Part shown: positions 1 through 10,014 of the stretch, in pieces
Numbering within the stretch: position 1 is the stretch's first letter
Layout: every line of letters begins with the position of its first letter
Origin: Longimicrobiales bacterium
GTDB lineage: Bacteria; Gemmatimonadota; Gemmatimonadetes; Longimicrobiales; Gaopeijiaceae
Assembly (NCBI GenBank): GCA_965238005.1
Contig: OZ250165.1
Span: 4,096,001-4,160,000 of the forward strand
Reading direction: 5' to 3'
Length of the DNA stretch: 64,000 nt
Made by a program: the position numbers and the translations under genes
Notes under the pieces: generated by a model
What the model saw: only the letters and a program-made list of their open reading frames with translations
Database searches by the model: none
Told to the model about the DNA's origin: nothing

Positions 1-480
1 TTGAGCCCACCGGGGGAGCAGGGTGGCCCCCAGGCCCGTAGCCGAGGCGGGATACGGGCATTGATCGCTGTACACCTCGACTCCCTCTTCGCGTGCCATC
101 TCAATCCGCCGGACGATGGCGCCCCCGTAGCCCATACCGGGGGGCCCCAGAGCTTTGATGTGGGTGATCACCCCGGGAATGCCCGCCTGCTCGACAATCT
201 CACCGGGCTCGGAATAGCTCCCTGGAGCGTGGAAGGTGCCGGACGACAGGCCGAAGGCCCCATCCTCCATGCCCTTTCGGACCGCACCCCACGGCGCCAC
301 CGCCATCCGGGTTGATGATCACCGTCGTGAGACCCTGAGCCAGGAGAGGCTCGCCATGGCTCAGCCCGGCAGTGGCCAGCCCGGGACCCGCGTGGGAGTG
401 CGAGTCGATGAAGCCCGGAGCCACGAACAACCCGGTGGCGTCGATCTCCCGGCGGCCCGACGCACCGGTCTTCATCTGGG
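1..480 (-). pseudogene. N-acyl-D-amino acid deacylase (amidohydrolase) remnant
   Basis: Motifs spread over three frames: [35 protein letters not shown] / [27 protein letters not shown] / IEMAREEGVEVYSDQCPYPASATGL; N-terminus and internal segments missing; runs off the window edge. Confidence 0.8.
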
Positions 481-524
481 AGCCGGAAGGCGGCGGGTAG
501 CGCAAGATGGCCGCGTGCCCGCCG

Positions 525-938
525 CTAGTTCATCCGGTCAGCGCCGTCGGTGGTATAACCGGTGAGAGGTGCCTCGAGATCGAAGCGCGGAATGACGACC
601 TCGAACTCCCGGCCGTCGGGACGCACGAACGTGTAATACCCCTCCATGAAGCCCGCAGGCGAGCTCAGGATACAGAAGCTCCGGTACTCGTGAGAGTTGC
701 CGGGCTTCAATGTGGGCTGCTCGCCCACCACCCCTTCGCCGTCCACTTCCGAGTCCTCGCCCATGGCGTCATGGATGTGCCAGTGGCGAAAAAGGAGCGT
801 CGCCGGCTCGTCACCCTGGTTCTCCATCTGCACGAGGTATGTGAAGACGAACCTTCCCTCATCGGGGTCGGAGTGGGGCAGGGAGAAGCTCGGTCGTACG
901 GCCACGTGAATCCCTTGCGTGGTCTTCTCATAGCTCAT
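525..938 (-). CDS. apaG: ApaG domain protein
   Basis: [41 protein letters not shown]. Confidence 0.93.
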   Translation of the reverse strand: MSYEKTTQGIHVAVRPSFSLPHSDPDEGRFVFTYLVQMENQGDEPATLLFRHWHIHDAMGEDSEVDGEGVVGEQPTLKPGNSHEYRSFCILSSPAGFMEGYYTFVRPDGREFEVVIPRFDLEAPLTGYTTDGADRMN

Positions 939-1067
939 GAGAGCATCATAGGCCGAACGCCCTCATGGCGCCAACGACCCGGAGAGAGCCTGCGGACGGG
1001 ACGGGAGAGCGCCCGTCCCGAGGCCGCCCGGACTTTCCGCGCGTGTGGCGTTCGCCCATGTTTACGC

Positions 1068-1757
1068 ATGGAAGACCACTCCCCCAAGCCTCTCACTCGA
1101 TCGGTCGAGGACTACCTCAAGGCGGTCTACTCCCTCACCGAACGTGGTGAGGCCGCCTCCACCAGCTCCCTGGCCGAGGCCCTCGACGTCCAGCCCGCAT
1201 CAGTAACCGGGATGGTGAAGCGGCTGGCCGAGGGTGGGTACGTCGAGCACGCCCGTTATCGCGGAGTCCGGCTCACCGAAACGGGGACCCGTGAGGCGCT
1301 GAGGGTCATCCGGCGGCACCGCCTCCTGGAGACCTACCTGCACGTTCAACTGGGTTACTCATGGGATGACGTCCACGCCGAAGCCGAGCGCCTGGAGCAC
1401 GCGGCGTCCGAGGAGCTCATCGACCGCATGGCGGCCGCGCTGGAGTATCCCAGCCACGATCCTCACGGAGCCCCCATCCCGACCCGGGCCGGCGACGTCG
1501 AGGCCTCCAACTTCGCCACCCTCGACGAGGTGGATCTCGGAGCCACAGTCCAGATACGGGCCGTCCAGGACGAGGACCCGGAGCGCCTACGGTATATGGA
1601 GGCGTTGGGGTTGACCCCGGGGGCGCTGCTCACGGTGGTGGATCATGCCCCGTACGACGGCCCCCTTACGGTGGCTTTGGCGGATGTCCCGGGCACCGAA
1701 GTCATCGGATCCGATCTCGCAGCAGGGATCTTCGTCGCACCCGTTCCCGCCGAATAG
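1068..1757 (+). CDS. DtxR/MntR family metal-dependent transcriptional regulator with FeoA-like C-terminal domain
   Basis: SVEDYLKAVY..ASVTGMVKRL..RRHRLLETYL..EAERLEHA..DPHGAPIP; start placed at ATG 1068. Confidence 0.92.
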   Translation: MEDHSPKPLTRSVEDYLKAVYSLTERGEAASTSSLAEALDVQPASVTGMVKRLAEGGYVEHARYRGVRLTETGTREALRVIRRHRLLETYLHVQLGYSWDDVHAEAERLEHAASEELIDRMAAALEYPSHDPHGAPIPTRAGDVEASNFATLDEVDLGATVQIRAVQDEDPERLRYMEALGLTPGALLTVVDHAPYDGPLTVALADVPGTEVIGSDLAAGIFVAPVPAE

Positions 1758-1826
1758 GACACCGTCGACCCGTCCGCCTGTGCAAGCCCCCCCGACCGTC
1801 GGGCGCGGCATCCAGTGGGCCCACGC

Positions 1827-2960
1827 CTACACCGGTGTGATGATCGCCTTCGTCACCCTCAGTGCGGCGACGTCCTGCAGAGCCTGCCCGGCTTCCTGGA
1901 GGGTGTAGCGTCCTCCGATCACGGAGGCGAACGGTAGCCGTTCGCTGTGCCGGTCAAGAAGGCGAAGGGCACCCACGAGGTGGTGGAAGTCGGTGCCCCA
2001 CTGACCTTTGACGACGGCATGCTTACGGTTGATATCGATGTGTGGATTGAGGGCGATCTCCCCCGCATCGGTATAGTGTCCCGCCACGACGTACGTGCCC
2101 CCGTCGCGCAACAGCTCCAGGCCTTCGGGCACTGCCTGCGGGCTCCCCGACGCCTCTATAACCACGTCGGCCCCACGTCCCCCCGTGACGCCCCTCACCG
2201 CAACCACGCGCTCCGCCGTCGTCGTGGCGTCTAGATCCAGGGCCACGTCGGCTCCCAACGTTCGCCCCACCTCGAGGCGGGCCTCCGGAGCTCCGATGAG
2301 GATCACCTGCCCCGCTCCCCGCAGGTTGGCGAAGGCCGCCGCGGACAGCCCCACGGGGCCGCAGCCCTGGACGACAACGACGTCACCCATGGTCAGGTCG
2401 CTGCGGTCGATGGCGGCGAAGCCCGTGAAGAGACCGCATCCGCCGCCGATGACGTCGTCGGCACCGAGTCCGTCGGGCAGCTTGAGGACGCGGACGCCCG
2501 GCCGGAGGTAGATCCGTTCGGCCCAGCCACCAAAGGGCCCCTCCTCGGCTCCGTAGGTGATCCCGTAGACCTTGCGGTGGGGACAGCGATTAGGCTGGCG
2601 AACCACGAGGCAGTGATAGCAGGAGCCACAGACCTCGTGGACGTCCAGGAAGGTGACCACGTCACCCGGGGACAGGGGTTCACCGAGCGCATCCTTGTCC
2701 ACTCCCGGGGCCTCGAGGATGCGCCCCACGCTCACGTGCCCCGGGATGATCGGATAGGGCACGCCGGCTACGCGCCCATGGTGAAGGTGGACATCCGTTC
2801 CACACACCTCGCTGGCGATCGTCTCCAGGAGGACACCCCCTTCCTCGACCTCCGGGTCGGGGAGGGACCAGATCTCAATGGGTGCTTCAGGTGCCGTCAT
2901 GACGGCGGCTCGTATCGACATGTCCACTCGAGGTTGAGCGGGATCCGTGGAGAGCGTCAT
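1827..2960 (-). CDS. Zinc-binding alcohol dehydrogenase (MDR family)
   Basis: VCGTDVH, PGHV, CGSCYHC..C structural Zn motif, GCGPVG Rossmann motif. Confidence 0.9.
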   Translation of the reverse strand: MTLSTDPAQPRVDMSIRAAVMTAPEAPIEIWSLPDPEVEEGGVLLETIASEVCGTDVHLHHGRVAGVPYPIIPGHVSVGRILEAPGVDKDALGEPLSPGDVVTFLDVHEVCGSCYHCLVVRQPNRCPHRKVYGITYGAEEGPFGGWAERIYLRPGVRVLKLPDGLGADDVIGGGCGLFTGFAAIDRSDLTMGDVVVVQGCGPVGLSAAAFANLRGAGQVILIGAPEARLEVGRTLGADVALDLDATTTAERVVAVRGVTGGRGADVVIEASGSPQAVPEGLELLRDGGTYVVAGHYTDAGEIALNPHIDINRKHAVVKGQWGTDFHHLVGALRLLDRHSERLPFASVIGGRYTLQEAGQALQDVAALRVTKAIITPV

Positions 2961-3051
2961 CCTCCCTCGCGGACTGACCGCGTGCTCGTTAGTGTCTCTC
3001 GTTCTCAGGCATTGACCCGGCAGCCAACATACACCCTAACGCAAACCCAAA

Positions 3052-4041
3052 TTGAACGAAGTTCTCGCACGGCTCCAAGAGTGGCCCCGGAGCTCATTCG
3101 TCAGGGAGCCCACACCCCTGCTGCAGGCACCGAACCTGGCCCGCGTCCTCGGAAGAGAGGCGTCCGACGTGCTCCTGAAGATGGACGCCGAGACCTCCTT
3201 CGGACTGGGAGGCAACAAGGCAAGGAAGCTGGAGTTCGAGCTGGCCCCACCACGTCTGGAGGGGGCGACGTGCGTCATCACATGTGGCGGCCCTCAGTCC
3301 AATCACTCCCGCCTGACCGCAGCGGCAGCGGCCCGCCTCGGCCTTCGATGCATCCTGGTCGTGAACGGTGACATTCCCGATCCTCCCACAGGGAACGCCT
3401 ATCTCCACAAGCTTTTCGGCGCCGAGATACACCCTGTCAACACCCGGGAGGAGCGCGATCCGGCCATGGCGGCGGTAGCCGCGGAGGTTGAGGCGCGCGG
3501 AGGCAAGGCCATCGTAATCCCCCTGGGTGCCTCGACTCCCCTGGGAGCCCTGGGCTACGTGCGGGCTGCCGCCGAGATCGTGGACCAATGGCAGGCGCTT
3601 CCGGCCACCGGAACGACATGGGTCTTCGTCTCGGCCTCCTCCTGTGGCACCTATGCGGGGCTCGCCCTGGGCTTCGCCTTGCTAGAGCGCACGGACGTGA
3701 GGTTGGTCGGCGTGAGCCCCGACGTCGAGACCGAGGAGATCCTGGATCTTACCGAGAAGCTGTGCCGGGGTGCCGCGGAGCTGCTCCGCACCTCCATCTC
3801 GCTGCCGCCGGATCTCCTGCTGCCCACTGAGGACTACGTCGGGCCGGGGTACGGTATCCCCACGGAAGCGTCGAACGAGGCCATGTCGCTCCTGGCCCGC
3901 ACCGAGGGAATCCTGCTGGACCCGGTCTACACGGCCAAGACTGCCGCCGCCATGCTCGACTCGGCCCGGACGGGGAGGGTGCCCTCGGGCGATCGCCTGG
4001 TACTCTGGCACACCGGGGGCTATCCCGCCGCCTTCGCGTGA
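3052..4041 (+). CDS. D-cysteine desulfhydrase / ACC deaminase family PLP enzyme
   Basis: GGNKARKLE, GGPQSNH, YVGPGYG, LDPVYTAK, WHTGG; TTG start. Confidence 0.9.
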   Translation: MNEVLARLQEWPRSSFVREPTPLLQAPNLARVLGREASDVLLKMDAETSFGLGGNKARKLEFELAPPRLEGATCVITCGGPQSNHSRLTAAAAARLGLRCILVVNGDIPDPPTGNAYLHKLFGAEIHPVNTREERDPAMAAVAAEVEARGGKAIVIPLGASTPLGALGYVRAAAEIVDQWQALPATGTTWVFVSASSCGTYAGLALGFALLERTDVRLVGVSPDVETEEILDLTEKLCRGAAELLRTSISLPPDLLLPTEDYVGPGYGIPTEASNEAMSLLARTEGILLDPVYTAKTAAAMLDSARTGRVPSGDRLVLWHTGGYPAAFA

Positions 4042-4149
4042 TCGGAGCCCCCGTGATCGACCTCCGAGCGGGCTCGTAGCGCGCCTACCGGCCGCTCCTT
4101 ATCCTCGAACAGCCTTGAGGACATCCCCTTTCTACCTCCGTTTTCCCAT

Positions 4150-5079
4150 ATGGACGTAGTCGATCACCTTAGCCGCGTTCCGCTTTTCGAAGGGCTCGAG
4201 CCGGAAGCCCTCAAGAAGCTCGCGGGCCTTACGCGGACGGTCTCGTTCCCGACGGACGCCGGGATCGTGGAGATGGGTGAGTCGGGGCTCTCCCTCTTCG
4301 TCGTTCTCGAGGGGCAGGTGCGGGTTCTCTACCCGGCGAGAAGCTCCGATTTCGAGCTGGCCCGGCTGGGCCCTGGAGACTTTTTCGGCGAGATGGCCCT
4401 GCTCAACGACAAGCCTCGGAGCGCGACCGTTCAGGCCGTGGAAGACGTGGAGCTTCTGGTCCTGGAGCAGGAAGACTTCCGCGATGTCTTGCTCGAGGCG
4501 CCGTCGGTAGCCATCCAGCTTATCGAGAGCCTTTCGATTCGTATCCGCAGCGCCGACGAGCACATCAGCAGCCTCAGCGACAAGGCCATGCGCGACCCTC
4601 TCACCGGGCTCATGAACCGACGAGCCTACAGGGACCGCATCAAAGAGGAAGTGGATCGGGCCCTACGCTACGAGGAGCGCTTCTCCCTGATCCTTCTCGA
4701 CCTGGACCAGTTCAAGTCCATCAACGACACCTTCGGCCACGACGTGGGGGACGTGGTCCTCGGGTGGATCGGTCGGCTCCTGACCGAGCATACGCGCTCA
4801 GCCGACACGCCGTTCAGGATTGGCGGCGAGGAGTTTGCCATCCTGGCACCGAGCACGGAAGGCAGCGTCGCCCACAACGTCACGCAGCGCTTGGTGGAAG
4901 TGGTGGCCGAAGCCCGACCGCCCGTGGACTTCGAGCTGAGAGTCACGATGTCGGGTGGCTACGCCTGCTGCCCCGACCACACGGCTTCTCCCGAGGCACT
5001 GTTCACCTTGGCCGACAAAGCTCTGTTTCAGGCCAAGGCCGAAGGGCGTAACCGTGTCTGTCGGCCGGCGACGGACTGA
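4150..5079 (+). CDS. cNMP-binding domain diguanylate cyclase
   Basis: FFGEMALL..PRSATV (cNMP); DPLTGL, FKSINDTFGH, RSAD I-site, GGEEF. Confidence 0.92.
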   Translation: MDVVDHLSRVPLFEGLEPEALKKLAGLTRTVSFPTDAGIVEMGESGLSLFVVLEGQVRVLYPARSSDFELARLGPGDFFGEMALLNDKPRSATVQAVEDVELLVLEQEDFRDVLLEAPSVAIQLIESLSIRIRSADEHISSLSDKAMRDPLTGLMNRRAYRDRIKEEVDRALRYEERFSLILLDLDQFKSINDTFGHDVGDVVLGWIGRLLTEHTRSADTPFRIGGEEFAILAPSTEGSVAHNVTQRLVEVVAEARPPVDFELRVTMSGGYACCPDHTASPEALFTLADKALFQAKAEGRNRVCRPATD

Positions 5080-5081
5080 CG

Positions 5082-5119
5082 AAAAAGGTCCGGTCGGCCT
5101 AAGCGAACCAACCGGACCT
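5082..5119 (-). terminator. Intrinsic terminator
   Basis: Minus strand AGGTCCGGTTGG-loop-CCGACCGGACCT followed by TTTT. Confidence 0.75.
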
Positions 5120-5238
5120 GGAGTCAGAACCTCCCCAGAACACCACCACCCCACGTCCTCACGACCACTGCGTCCGCACCGTACCACCGGAAAAGCCCCG
5201 ACACCTTCCGCACCGGCATCCCGATCCCATCCACTTTT
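5082..5238 (-). ncRNA. Candidate GGA-rich small RNA
   Basis: Non-coding, strongly G/T-skewed, 8-9 GGA motifs, bounded by ECF-like promoter motifs and a terminator. Confidence 0.35.
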
Positions 5239-5241
5239 CCC

Positions 5242-5277
5242 TACGTGTTGGATGCCAAAAGGGTTCAGTCGGTTGCA
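5242..5277 (-). promoter_or_regulatory. Overlapping ECF-sigma-type promoter motifs
   Basis: TGAACC-N16-CGTA (5267-5242) and TGCAAC-N16-GCATC (5277-5251). Confidence 0.4.
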
Positions 5278-5337
5278 TCCCCACCCGATGCCCACATCAC
5301 TATCTACACCGTTCGGAGCTCGGCATTACAGCAAGCT

Positions 5338-5745
5338 CTAGAGCGCCCGATACACTCCCACCCTAAGCGGCGGATCGATGCTGGAGTAGAAGTAGAGACG
5401 GTTCTCACCCTCCACCACGATGTTCTTCTGACGGGTCTTGGTCCTGGGGTAGTCGTTGCCCTGCTCGCTCTCGATGAAGAGGACCTGACTCTCTTCGAGG
5501 CTCTCATGGAGAACCGAGAGCTGGGCCAGCAGATCGTCCAGCATCACGGACTCGACCTCGTCCTGCACATCTCCCTCGGCCTGGGCAGTCAAGCCGTGCT
5601 CGGAAAGCTTCTCGTGAGCCTGAAAGAACTCGTCGCCCGGTGTGGACACCTGGTGATCACGCACGAACGCGATCTCGGTGAGGGCCTTGGAGTCGAAGTT
5701 CGTCTCGACGCTCTGCAAGTTGTTACCGTATCGGCGCAGTATCAT
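5338..5745 (-). CDS. Hypothetical protein
   Basis: 135 aa ORF with normal codon use, downstream of the helicase on the same strand. Confidence 0.75.
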   Translation of the reverse strand: MILRRYGNNLQSVETNFDSKALTEIAFVRDHQVSTPGDEFFQAHEKLSEHGLTAQAEGDVQDEVESVMLDDLLAQLSVLHESLEESQVLFIESEQGNDYPRTKTRQKNIVVEGENRLYFYSSIDPPLRVGVYRAL

Positions 5746-5808
5746 TCCCAGTCCTGGATCAGAGTTGTCCGGTCACGTCGGCTCGATCGCGGGACCGCCG
5801 GGCCGACT

Positions 5809-7089
5809 CTAGTACTCGAGGAGCTTCGCCAGCTCTTCCTCCGTGAGCTCGTCGGCGAGGCGAGATCCCATCCCGGTCGGCGAGCGGGAGTGCCGCCCTC
5901 GGGTAGGCGACGCGCTCGCCCCGGTCTGTGGCGTTCCCGCGTAGTCGAACTCGGGGAGGTGTATGCGCTCGAGCTCCCTGCCTATGTGATACGTGAGCGA
6001 CTTGAAGGCCCCCAGATCTCCGGCGGCCAGGAACGTCACGGCGGTACCGACGGCCCCGGCGCGGCCCGTGCGACCGATCCGGTGTACGTAGTCCTCCGGA
6101 TCCTGGGGCACATCGTAGTTGACCACGTGAGAGATGCCCTCTACGTCCAAGCCGCGCTGGGCGATGTCCGTGGCCACCAGGACCCGCACCTTCTTCTCGG
6201 CGAACCGCTCCAACGCCCTGGTCCGATGCACCATGCGGAGATTCGAGTGCAAGGCCTCCGTGCGAATGCCGTGACGGTCGAGACGCGTCTTGAGCGCGTC
6301 GGCCCCCGCCTTGGTTCTCGTGAAGACCAGGACCTGCTCCCAATCCGGATCCTCCAGAAGCCGCAGCAGCAGGTCCGGCTTCATCTCCGGCTTCACCGAG
6401 TACACCAGCTCGGTGATCCCCTCGGCCTTCGTTCCCGACGGAGCCACCTCGACCCAGACGGCCTCCCGGGTGATGCGAGAGGCCAGGTCGTGGACGCCGT
6501 GGGGCATGGTGGCCGAGAACAGCATAGTCTGCCGATCCCGGGGAGCCTCTCTCAGCACCCCCTCGATCTGAGGGCGAAAGCCCATGTCGAGCATGCGGTC
6601 CGCTTCGTCGAGGATCAACGTGCGCACCGCACCGAGCTTGACCCTGCCACGTCCCATGTGATCGAGAAAACGACCAGGCGTCGCAGTGATGACCTCCACG
6701 CCCTTCTGGAGAGCATCCAGCTGCGGGCCGTAACTGACCCCGCCGTAGATCGACGCCGACCGGATCTTCGTTCCTTTGGCCAGGGCCTCGGTGTCATCAG
6801 ACACCTGCTGGGCAAGCTCCCGGGTGGGGCATAGCACCAGGACTTGAAGTCCTCCACCCGCCTCGATCTTCCCCAGGCAGGGGATCATGAAGGCGCCGGT
6901 CTTTCCCGTACCGGTCTGGGCGATCCCCACGAGATCGTGCCCCTCGAGCCCCACCGGGATACCCTTCGTCTGAATGGGAGTCGGACGCTCCCACCCCAGG
7001 GACTCGATGGCGTCGCGCAATGCGTCCGATACACCCAGGGCCACGAAGGTCATGCCCTCAGGCGCTTCATCTCCGGTCTCGTCTTCCAC
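5809..7089 (-). CDS. DEAD-box RNA helicase (RhlE-like)
   Basis: PTPIQ, AQTGTGKT, PTRELA, DEAD, SAT, HRIGRTGR all intact; start uncertain (7053-7134). Confidence 0.93.
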   Translation of the reverse strand: MEDETGDEAPEGMTFVALGVSDALRDAIESLGWERPTPIQTKGIPVGLEGHDLVGIAQTGTGKTGAFMIPCLGKIEAGGGLQVLVLCPTRELAQQVSDDTEALAKGTKIRSASIYGGVSYGPQLDALQKGVEVITATPGRFLDHMGRGRVKLGAVRTLILDEADRMLDMGFRPQIEGVLREAPRDRQTMLFSATMPHGVHDLASRITREAVWVEVAPSGTKAEGITELVYSVKPEMKPDLLLRLLEDPDWEQVLVFTRTKAGADALKTRLDRHGIRTEALHSNLRMVHRTRALERFAEKKVRVLVATDIAQRGLDVEGISHVVNYDVPQDPEDYVHRIGRTGRAGAVGTAVTFLAAGDLGAFKSLTYHIGRELERIHLPEFDYAGTPQTGASASPTRGRHSRSPTGMGSRLADELTEEELAKLLEY

Positions 7090-7222
7090 CAGGGTTCTTC
7101 TCGGGATGGGCCGGCAGGGACCACGACTCGGCATGAATGTGGGGTGCGGCTGGCTCGGGATCAGCCTATAAGTTTAGGGCAAAGGCCCGAGATTCAAAGA
7201 ATTCATACGCCACCGGTCTGCC

Positions 7223-7717
7223 ATGACGAGCACTCCCGAGATATCCGTTCTATTCGTCTGTCTGGGTAACATCTGCCGATCACCGCTGGCCGAGGGGGTC
7301 CTGGCCCACCGTCTGGAAGAGGCTGGCCTGTCCGATCAGGTCTATGTCGACTCCGCAGGCACGGGGGCCTGGCACGCGGGGCAGGCCCCGGACGCCCGGT
7401 CGGCGGCGGTGGCCGAGCGAAATGGAATCGAGCTCCGGGGCCGCGCCCGTCGCGTGCGCATCGAGGACTTCTTCGAGTTCGAGCTCGTCCTGGCCATGGA
7501 TCGCAGCAACCTCCAGGACCTGAAAGATCTCGAGTCCGGTAGCGGATCCGAGGCTGCCATCAGGCTCTTCCGGGAGTTCGACCCGGAGCAGGATGGCGAT
7601 CCCGACGTCCCGGATCCCTACTACGGGGGCCCCGACGGCTTCCAGCGGGTCTTGGAGATGGTCGATCGGACGTGCGCGGCCTTGGTGGATCATCTACGTC
7701 GCGAGCTCGCCTCGTGA
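7223..7717 (+). CDS. Low molecular weight protein-tyrosine phosphatase
   Basis: VCLGNICRSP, DSAGT, VPDPYYG. Confidence 0.95.
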   Translation: MTSTPEISVLFVCLGNICRSPLAEGVLAHRLEEAGLSDQVYVDSAGTGAWHAGQAPDARSAAVAERNGIELRGRARRVRIEDFFEFELVLAMDRSNLQDLKDLESGSGSEAAIRLFREFDPEQDGDPDVPDPYYGGPDGFQRVLEMVDRTCAALVDHLRRELAS

Positions 7718-8622
7718 GCCTGGGCCTTCCTCCCAAGCTCAAGGCCTCCATTCAGCGCTGCCTCACCGAGAGTAGCGGGCAAGCCGTCGAAGTACTCGAG
7801 GCGAGCCCCATGACCGGCGGGTGCATCCATCGCAGCGTCAGGCTCTCCACGGACATGGGAGAGAGCTTCTTCCTCAAGTGGAGCCCGGACCCCGGAGAGG
7901 ATGACTTCCTCCCCGAGGCCGACGGCCTAGAGGCCCTCGCCGCCTCAGGGGGCCCAACAGTCCCTGAAGTGATCGGGTATTCGCCTCCGGCCGAGACACC
8001 CTCGTGGCTCCTGCTCGAGTTCGTCTCCCACGGCCGCCCGGCACCCGACTACTGGGAGGCACTGGGGCGAGGCCTGGCGGATCTGCACGGGATCCGACCG
8101 GAGCCGTACGGCTGGGACCGTCCCAACTACATCGGCTCTTTGCCGCAAGCCAAGGACGTGACGGACGATTGGGAGGTATTCTGGTGGACTCGGCGGCTCC
8201 TTCCACAGCTGACGCTGGCGCGAGAAGAAAATCGTCTTCCCGGCCGCCGGGACGAATGGGAGCTCCTGGAGTCGAGGCTCCCGAGCCTCCTTCCTGCCGC
8301 CGCCCTCGGGTCGTCCCTCCTGCACGGCGACCTTTGGAGCGGCAACGTCTTTCCTGGTCCGTCGGGCGAGCCGATCCTGGTGGATCCAGCCGTCTACAGG
8401 GGCCACGCGGAGGTCGATCTGGCCATGACCGAGCTCTTCGGCGGCTTTCCGGCTTCATTCTACTCCGCCTATGAGGCCGTCCGTCCCCTCGCGGGCGGTT
8501 ACCGGGAGATCCGGAGACCCCTGTACCAGCTGTACCCACTGCTGGTCCATGTGAACCTCTTCGGTAAATCCTACGTGGACGCTACGTCCCGGGCCCTACG
8601 GCAGGTCCTTCGAAACGTCTGA
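7714..8622 (+). CDS. Fructosamine kinase family protein
   Basis: LLHGDLWSGN, DPAVYRGHAEVDLAMTELFGGF, YQLYPLLVHVNLFG; GTGA overlap with upstream stop. Confidence 0.92.
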   Translation: MSLGLPPKLKASIQRCLTESSGQAVEVLEASPMTGGCIHRSVRLSTDMGESFFLKWSPDPGEDDFLPEADGLEALAASGGPTVPEVIGYSPPAETPSWLLLEFVSHGRPAPDYWEALGRGLADLHGIRPEPYGWDRPNYIGSLPQAKDVTDDWEVFWWTRRLLPQLTLAREENRLPGRRDEWELLESRLPSLLPAAALGSSLLHGDLWSGNVFPGPSGEPILVDPAVYRGHAEVDLAMTELFGGFPASFYSAYEAVRPLAGGYREIRRPLYQLYPLLVHVNLFGKSYVDATSRALRQVLRNV

Positions 8623-8674
8623 TGCCCGGCGTCCGGGTGTGGCTTCCGTCCGAAGTCCGATCTGGTTGACCCGG

Positions 8675-9883
8675 TCACCCGGCCACCGACGCCGACTCCT
8701 GGATGGCGCCGGCGACCCTCTCGAGAGCCGTCTGGAGCAGCTCGTCCGATGTGGCAAAGCTGATACGCACATATCGGTCGTCGCCGAACGCCACGCCGGG
8801 AACCATGGCCACACCCGTCTCCTCCAGGAGCCAGGAGCAGAGATCGGCGGAGCCCGAGATTTCGCCTCGGAAGAGCGAGTCGACCCTTATGAAGAAGTAG
8901 AACGCGCCGGTGGGCTCCACGAACGGAAGCTCCGGGAGGAGCTCTCGCACGAGCGCAACGACCAGATCTCTCCGACGCCGAAACGCCACGACCATCTTCT
9001 GGGCCGCCTCACGAGCTCGTGCCGGATCGCCGAAGGCGCTCAGTGCAGCCATCTGAGAGGGCGTCGCCGCATTCGAGGTGGTGTGGCTCTGGAGAGCGCT
9101 CAGCTTGCGCGCCGTCTCCACGTCTGAGTACGAGAAGCCGATCCGCCATCCCGTCATGGCGAAGCTCTTCGAGGCGCCGTCGATGAGCACGTGCCGCCCC
9201 ACCGACGCTTCCGGCAGCTCGAGGATGCTCGGGGCGGTGGCCCGATCGTCACCGAAATAGATCTCGCGGTAGATCTCGTCGGCCAGAATGCATACGTCCC
9301 GATCTCTGGCCCACTCCGTTATGGCCTGCAGCTCGCCGTGGGAATAGACCGCTCCCGTGGGATTACAGGGGGAGCACAGAATGAGCCCCTCCGTGCGGTC
9401 GGTATACCCGGAGTCGAGATCGTCCGGCGTCAAGAGGAAGTTCCGATCGGGACTCCCCGATACCGTGACCGAGTCCGCCCGGGTGAGGGACACGATCTGG
9501 GGGTAGCTCGTCCAGTATGGCGTCGCCACGAGAACCTCGTCGCCCGGTCCGAAGAGGGCGAAGGCCGCGTTGAACAGGGATTGCTTCGCTCCTGATCCAA
9601 CGACCACACCCTCCCAGTCGATGGGGCGGCCAGCCAACGGCTCGAGGTATCCGGCGATGGCACGTCTGAGGTCCGGCATTCCCGCCACAGGGGTGTAACG
9701 GGTCTTGCCCGCACGGATGCCCTCGACGGCCGCGTCCGAGATCCACCCGGGGGTGTCGAAGTCGGGCTCGCCGGCGCTGAGGTCGATGATGTCGCGGCCT
9801 TCGGCCCGGAGGCGCTTGGCCAACGAGCTTACGGCGATGGTGGCCGAGGGCTGGAGTCGGGAGATGTTAGGGCTGTAATCCAT
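8675..9883 (-). CDS. Class I PLP-dependent aminotransferase (aspartate aminotransferase-like)
   Basis: LSAGEPDFDTP, DEIY, SKSFAMTGWRIG, GAFY, VPGVAFG; start at MDYSPN. Confidence 0.93.
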   Translation of the reverse strand: MDYSPNISRLQPSATIAVSSLAKRLRAEGRDIIDLSAGEPDFDTPGWISDAAVEGIRAGKTRYTPVAGMPDLRRAIAGYLEPLAGRPIDWEGVVVGSGAKQSLFNAAFALFGPGDEVLVATPYWTSYPQIVSLTRADSVTVSGSPDRNFLLTPDDLDSGYTDRTEGLILCSPCNPTGAVYSHGELQAITEWARDRDVCILADEIYREIYFGDDRATAPSILELPEASVGRHVLIDGASKSFAMTGWRIGFSYSDVETARKLSALQSHTTSNAATPSQMAALSAFGDPARAREAAQKMVVAFRRRRDLVVALVRELLPELPFVEPTGAFYFFIRVDSLFRGEISGSADLCSWLLEETGVAMVPGVAFGDDRYVRISFATSDELLQTALERVAGAIQESASVAG

Positions 9884-10014
9884 CCGGGGAATATCGAGGA
9901 AGGTCATCCCTCGATCAAGTGAGGTCCGCGACACCCCGGAGTCGCGGAATCGGGCTTTGTTCGCGGGCCGACCGCGAGCTTGATCACGCCCACCGCGAGC
10001 GGCAGGTTTCACCT

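Noticed and set aside
507..1067. N-terminal extension of the MntR ORF
   Set aside because: Antisense to apaG; homology begins at 1068.
2989..3010. Additional MITE end (TTAGTGTC)
   Set aside because: Match is limited to about 8 nt, with no partner IR or inner motifs.
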